From Betaproteobacteria bacterium (GTDB lineage: Bacteria; Pseudomonadota; Gammaproteobacteria; Burkholderiales; SHXO01), in the NCBI GenBank assembly GCA_009693245.1, contig SHXO01000001.1, positions 3,506-67,505 of the forward strand: 64,000 nt of DNA. The letters are read 5' to 3'. A program made the position numbers and the translations under genes. Positions 60,993 to 64,000 of this stretch are shown in pieces (within the stretch, counting starts at the first letter, position 1; the number at the start of each line of letters is the position of its first letter). A model generated the notes under the pieces. That model was not told the DNA's origin, searched no databases, and saw nothing but the letters and a program-made list of their open reading frames with translations.

Positions 60993-61399
60993 GGCTTCAA
61001 CACGACAAGAAAGACGATGGCTACAAGGATGAGCACGGGAAGTTCATTGAACCAGCGGTAGTACAAATGCGTGTGCCGGTTGCGGTCACGCTTGAAGTCC
61101 GCAACCAGCTTGCCACAATAGAGATGATAGGCAACCAGCACGCCCACCAAAGCGAGCTTGGCATACAGCCAACGGCCTTCGAAACCGTAACCCAGCCAGA
61201 GCCACGCGCCAAATACCAAGGTCAATACCGCGCCGGGCGTCATGATGCCGAAGTAGAGCTTTCTTTCCATCACCTTGAAGCGCTCGATGCTTACGGAATC
61301 CTCGCTCATGGCGTGATAGACGAACAAGCGCGGCAAATAAAAAAGTCCCGCGAACCAGGTCACCATGAAGATGATGTGCAGGGACTTTAGCCAGAGCAT
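60989..61399 (-). CDS. hemJ: protoporphyrinogen IX oxidase HemJ (UPF0093/CopD-like)
   Basis: From ATG 61399: MLWLKSLHIIFMVTWFAGLFYLPRLFVYHA...; four TM helices; about 136 aa. Confidence 0.8.
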   Translation of the reverse strand: MLWLKSLHIIFMVTWFAGLFYLPRLFVYHAMSEDSVSIERFKVMERKLYFGIMTPGAVLTLVFGAWLWLGYGFEGRWLYAKLALVGVLVAYHLYCGKLVADFKRDRNRHTHLYYRWFNELPVLILVAIVFLVVLKP

Positions 61400-61995
61400 G
61401 GGAAGGCGCTCGCCACGACCCTTTGCAGTTCTGCCAGGGCCCCGTGGAAAAAGTGCCCGACTCCTGGGAACACCACCACGGGTAGTTGCTGGGGCCGGGC
61501 CCATTCGAACACGTCCTTGAGTGGCACCACATCGTCCAACTCGCCATGTATGACCAAGGTGCCGGCGGGAACATGACTAACCTCGAAGCGGCCCACGGCA
61601 GGCCCCACGAGTACCAACCATTTCGGATCCAGTTCGGCGGCGATCTTCGATTGCACGAAGGCTCCGAAGGAGAAGCCCGCGAGAACCAGGGGCAGATTTC
61701 CATACCTGGCGCGGGCGTAATCGAGGGTGGCGCGCAAATCTAGCGCTTCGCCACCGCCCTCGTCGTATACCCCTTCACTCGCGCCTACTCCGCGGAAGTT
61801 CGGCCGCAGTGCCACACACCCGCGCGCCACCATGGCCTTCGCAAGCGTTTGCACGACTTTATTATCTAGAGTGCCGCCGTGGAGCGGGTGCGGGTGCGCC
61901 ACCAGCGCGATCGCGCGCCGGTGCTCCCCTGGGTCGTTTATGGCGGCTTCCAGCTTGCCCGCGGGCCCGTCAATGAGAACGCGTTCGGCGTTCAC
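61387..61995 (-). CDS. alpha/beta hydrolase (COG2945-like)
   Basis: ALVAHPHPLHGGTLDNKVV..., nucleophile elbow GFSFGA, C-terminal HFFH. Confidence 0.7.
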   Translation of the reverse strand: MNAERVLIDGPAGKLEAAINDPGEHRRAIALVAHPHPLHGGTLDNKVVQTLAKAMVARGCVALRPNFRGVGASEGVYDEGGGEALDLRATLDYARARYGNLPLVLAGFSFGAFVQSKIAAELDPKWLVLVGPAVGRFEVSHVPAGTLVIHGELDDVVPLKDVFEWARPQQLPVVVFPGVGHFFHGALAELQRVVASAFPCSG

Positions 61996-61999
61996 GAGC

Positions 62000-62326
62000 C
62001 TATATGCGCAGCCGCCCTACGACACGCCCGTGAACGAGATGCTCATCGACAATCTCGTCGATGTCGCCGCGATCGACGTAGGTGTACCAGATCTCCTCGG
62101 GATAGACTACGATGACCGGGCCTTCCTCGCAGCGGTCCAGGCAGCCGGCTTGATTCACCCGTACCTTGCCCTTGCCGCTCAATCCCAGGGCTTTCACCCG
62201 CGATTTGGCGTAGTCGCGAATTTCCTGGGCGCCATGATTGTTGCAGCATGCGCGCGCCGGGTCGTCGCGCTGGTTGCAACAGAAGAAGATATGCCGTTCG
62301 TAATAGGGTGGGGAGTCAAAAGACAT
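62000..62326 (-). CDS. thioredoxin-like [2Fe-2S] ferredoxin
   Basis: YYERHIFFCCNQRD...CC...AGCLDRCEEGPVIVVYPE cysteine pattern. Start is ATG 62326 (MSFDSPPYYERH) or ATG 62335. Confidence 0.75.
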   Translation of the reverse strand: MSFDSPPYYERHIFFCCNQRDDPARACCNNHGAQEIRDYAKSRVKALGLSGKGKVRVNQAGCLDRCEEGPVIVVYPEEIWYTYVDRGDIDEIVDEHLVHGRVVGRLRI

Positions 62327-62357
62327 CGGCCGCATCTGAATTGCAGATGCGGCCGAT
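62325..62357 (-). terminator. GC-rich hairpin followed by a short T-tract, after the response regulator gene; overlaps the ferredoxin start codons
   Basis: The minus strand reads ATCGGCCGCATCTG-CAATT-CAGATGCGGCCGAT (14-bp perfect stem) followed by GTCTTTTG. Confidence 0.55.
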
Positions 62358-62391
62358 TATAGCCGTGGGACTCTTGGTGAAGTGCGGGGAG

Positions 62392-63108
62392 TTATTCGCC
62401 CTCGGGAATATTCAGCCGGGGCTTGGTCAGTTGTTCCAGGCGGTAACCGTAGCGATAGACGGCCGCTAGGCGCCAGCCCGTTTCGGGCGTGAGTCCTAAC
62501 TTGTTGCGTACCCGGCTGACGTGGGTATCCAGGGTGCGCGAGGTGACGTTCGCATCCAGTCCCCACACCATCTCGCGGATGTGACCTCGCGACATGAGGC
62601 GGCCGATGTTGCGCAAGAACAGCGTCGCCAGCTCGAAATCCTTGGTGGTGAGTTCAAGGGGCTTGTCGTCCTTGCTGAGCGTGCGAGTCTGCATATCGAC
62701 TTTGAAATTCTCCGCCTCGAAGCTGCTGTTCTCCGGCGTAACGGCGCGGGTGCGGCGGGCCACGGCTTCCACGCGCGCCAGAAATTCATGGCGCCGCACG
62801 GGCTTCACCATGTAGTCGTCCGCACCTTGTTTCAAGGTGCTCACGATATCTTCTTCCTGCTGGCGCGCCGTGACAAAAATCACGGGCGTGTGATGGCGAA
62901 GTTTCTGCCTTAGCCGGCGCAGCACGTCGACACCGGAGATGTCGGGGACGCCCCAATCGAGTATTAGCGCATCATAGGTTTCGTGCTCGAGCTCTCTTAA
63001 CAACTCAGCACCTTTATCGAAGGCGTGGCAGCGGTGTCCCGCCATCTCCAGCCAACGAGCCAAGAGTTCAGATTGGTTGGGATCGTCCTCCAACAACGCA
63101 ACCCGCAT
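62392..63108 (-). CDS. OmpR/PhoB-family response regulator
   Basis: From ATG 63108: MRVALLEDDPNQ...ALILDWGVPDISG receiver domain, and a C-terminal winged helix (LTTKDFELATLFLRNIGRLMSRGHI...YGYRL). Confidence 0.88.
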   Translation of the reverse strand: MRVALLEDDPNQSELLARWLEMAGHRCHAFDKGAELLRELEHETYDALILDWGVPDISGVDVLRRLRQKLRHHTPVIFVTARQQEEDIVSTLKQGADDYMVKPVRRHEFLARVEAVARRTRAVTPENSSFEAENFKVDMQTRTLSKDDKPLELTTKDFELATLFLRNIGRLMSRGHIREMVWGLDANVTSRTLDTHVSRVRNKLGLTPETGWRLAAVYRYGYRLEQLTKPRLNIPEGE

Positions 63109-63141
63109 AGTCGATCTTCCGAGTGCTAGCATGACCTTTCC

Positions 63142-63524
63142 TTATCCCCTTCGTGCTTGAGTGCTGTCCGACGTTGTAATACCCGCCGCTTTCTTGGCGG
63201 CGGTATCGTGATGCTCGGGGGAAGAAGCCCTCAACTCCACGGAGGCGAGTTTCTCTTCCAATCTCGCGAGCAACTGCTCGATCAGGTCCCCATCCTTTTT
63301 CCCCGCGGCGGCCTCCAGGGCCGTACCGAGGTTCGACAGCCCATCCAATCCATAGGCCCCACCGGAGCCTTTAAGATCGTGTCCTGTCTTTCTAATGCGC
63401 TCAAAATCCTTCTTGCGTATCGCAATCCAAAGCCCTCGCACGGCGCGGGCTTGGCGGTCTAGAAATTTTTTCGCCAGGCCGAAAACATCGTGATCGACGA
63501 CGCAAATTTCCTGGTGGCGGGCAT
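63142..63524 (-). CDS. histidine phosphotransfer (Hpt) protein; 5' end apparently frameshifted
   Basis: The phospho-His motif GHDLKGSGGAYG is in the track ORF (GTG 63441). The conserved-looking N-terminal extension EICVVDHDVFGLAKKFLDRQARAV is in frame but has no start codon. An ATG at 63524 (TAATG overlap with the upstream stop) is in a different frame. Confidence 0.7.
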
Positions 63525-63955
63525 TAGGCGAGAGTCACCGGTTTTGCCGCCGTGCTACCTGCGCACCCAGCCAGAAACTCAGCCATCCGGGCGCGCAGTT
63601 TCGCCGCGGGCAAAGGTTTCTTGAGCACGGCGTTACATCCTTTGGCCAGCGCACCTTCCGTTCTGGGCCCGTCTTCGTGGCCGGTAAAAGCCACGATGAG
63701 GCCCGTGAAGCCCCGGCCGCGCAATTGCACGACCGCATCCAATCCGTTCAATACGGGCATTTCCAAATCCATGAGTACTATTTGCGGGTCATGCATGAGC
63801 GCTAAATCCATCGCCTCCTGGCCATTGCAAGCGAGCAACACTTCCACCCCGAGTTTTCGGACTTGGTGGGCGACGAGTTCTCGCAGATCGGCGTTATCGT
63901 CGGCCACCAGCACTCGTGCGAGCGCTTGCCCGGAAGGATAGGATTGCCCGCGCAT
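63524..63955 (-). CDS. single-domain response regulator (CheY-like receiver)
   Basis: RVLVADDNADLREL...IVLMDLEMPVLNG...AFTGH...LKKP. Confidence 0.85.
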   Translation of the reverse strand: MRGQSYPSGQALARVLVADDNADLRELVAHQVRKLGVEVLLACNGQEAMDLALMHDPQIVLMDLEMPVLNGLDAVVQLRGRGFTGLIVAFTGHEDGPRTEGALAKGCNAVLKKPLPAAKLRARMAEFLAGCAGSTAAKPVTLA

Positions 63956-63958
63956 GAG

Positions 63959-64000
63959 TTAGTGGCCGGGGCGCAATCCACGCAGCGCGAAATAATAGCT
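63959..64000 (-). CDS. 3' end of an unidentified upstream gene (runs off the window)
   Basis: Open frame ...SYYFALRGLRPGH* ending at TAA 63959-63961, 3 nt before the CheY-like gene. It may be the sensor kinase of the relay, but there is too little sequence to tell. Confidence 0.3.
   Translation of the reverse strand, partial: SYYFALRGLRPGH

Overview
GC-rich chromosomal segment, probably from a betaproteobacterium. This is inferred from the synteny dprA / LysM / def-fmt-rsmB-DUF4390-ntrY-ntrX and glnA-ntrB-ntrC. I call about 60 genes. Nearly all non-coding gaps are under 300 nt, and many neighbouring genes share 4-nt stop/start overlaps (ATGA, GTGA, TTGA). Housekeeping blocks: gyrB tail, topB, dprA, def, fmt, rsmB, ntrYX, tkt, glk, glnA-ntrBC, thiC, uppP, tolC, hemJ. 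There is also a long LPS core and O-antigen region: waaA, waaC, a UDP-sugar epimerase and dehydrogenase, manC, a DegT aminotransferase, WbpL-like and WbpM-like genes, an O-antigen ligase, and GT2, GT2 and GT9 transferases. That region is interrupted by a small four-helix-bundle cassette flanked by inverted GTGAAG repeats. It also holds a Phd antitoxin with a decayed PIN toxin, and an IS21 element (istAB) sitting between two unrelated truncated genes. The two candidates most worth follow-up: (1) a seven-gene translationally coupled operon, livHMGF (no binding protein) - M20 amidohydrolase - fused MdcD/MdcE-like carboxyltransferase - MatB-like malonyl-CoA synthetase; (2) an uncharacterised membrane protein plus VWA lipoprotein pair behind a well-spaced sigma-54 promoter, just downstream of glnA-ntrBC. 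Five genes (LysM protein, glk, manC, Hpt, DUF4143 fragment) are broken by single-base indels in short homopolymers. This looks more like sequencing or assembly error than biology. No rRNA, tRNA or CRISPR array was seen. All family calls rest on motif recognition by eye, not on database searches.
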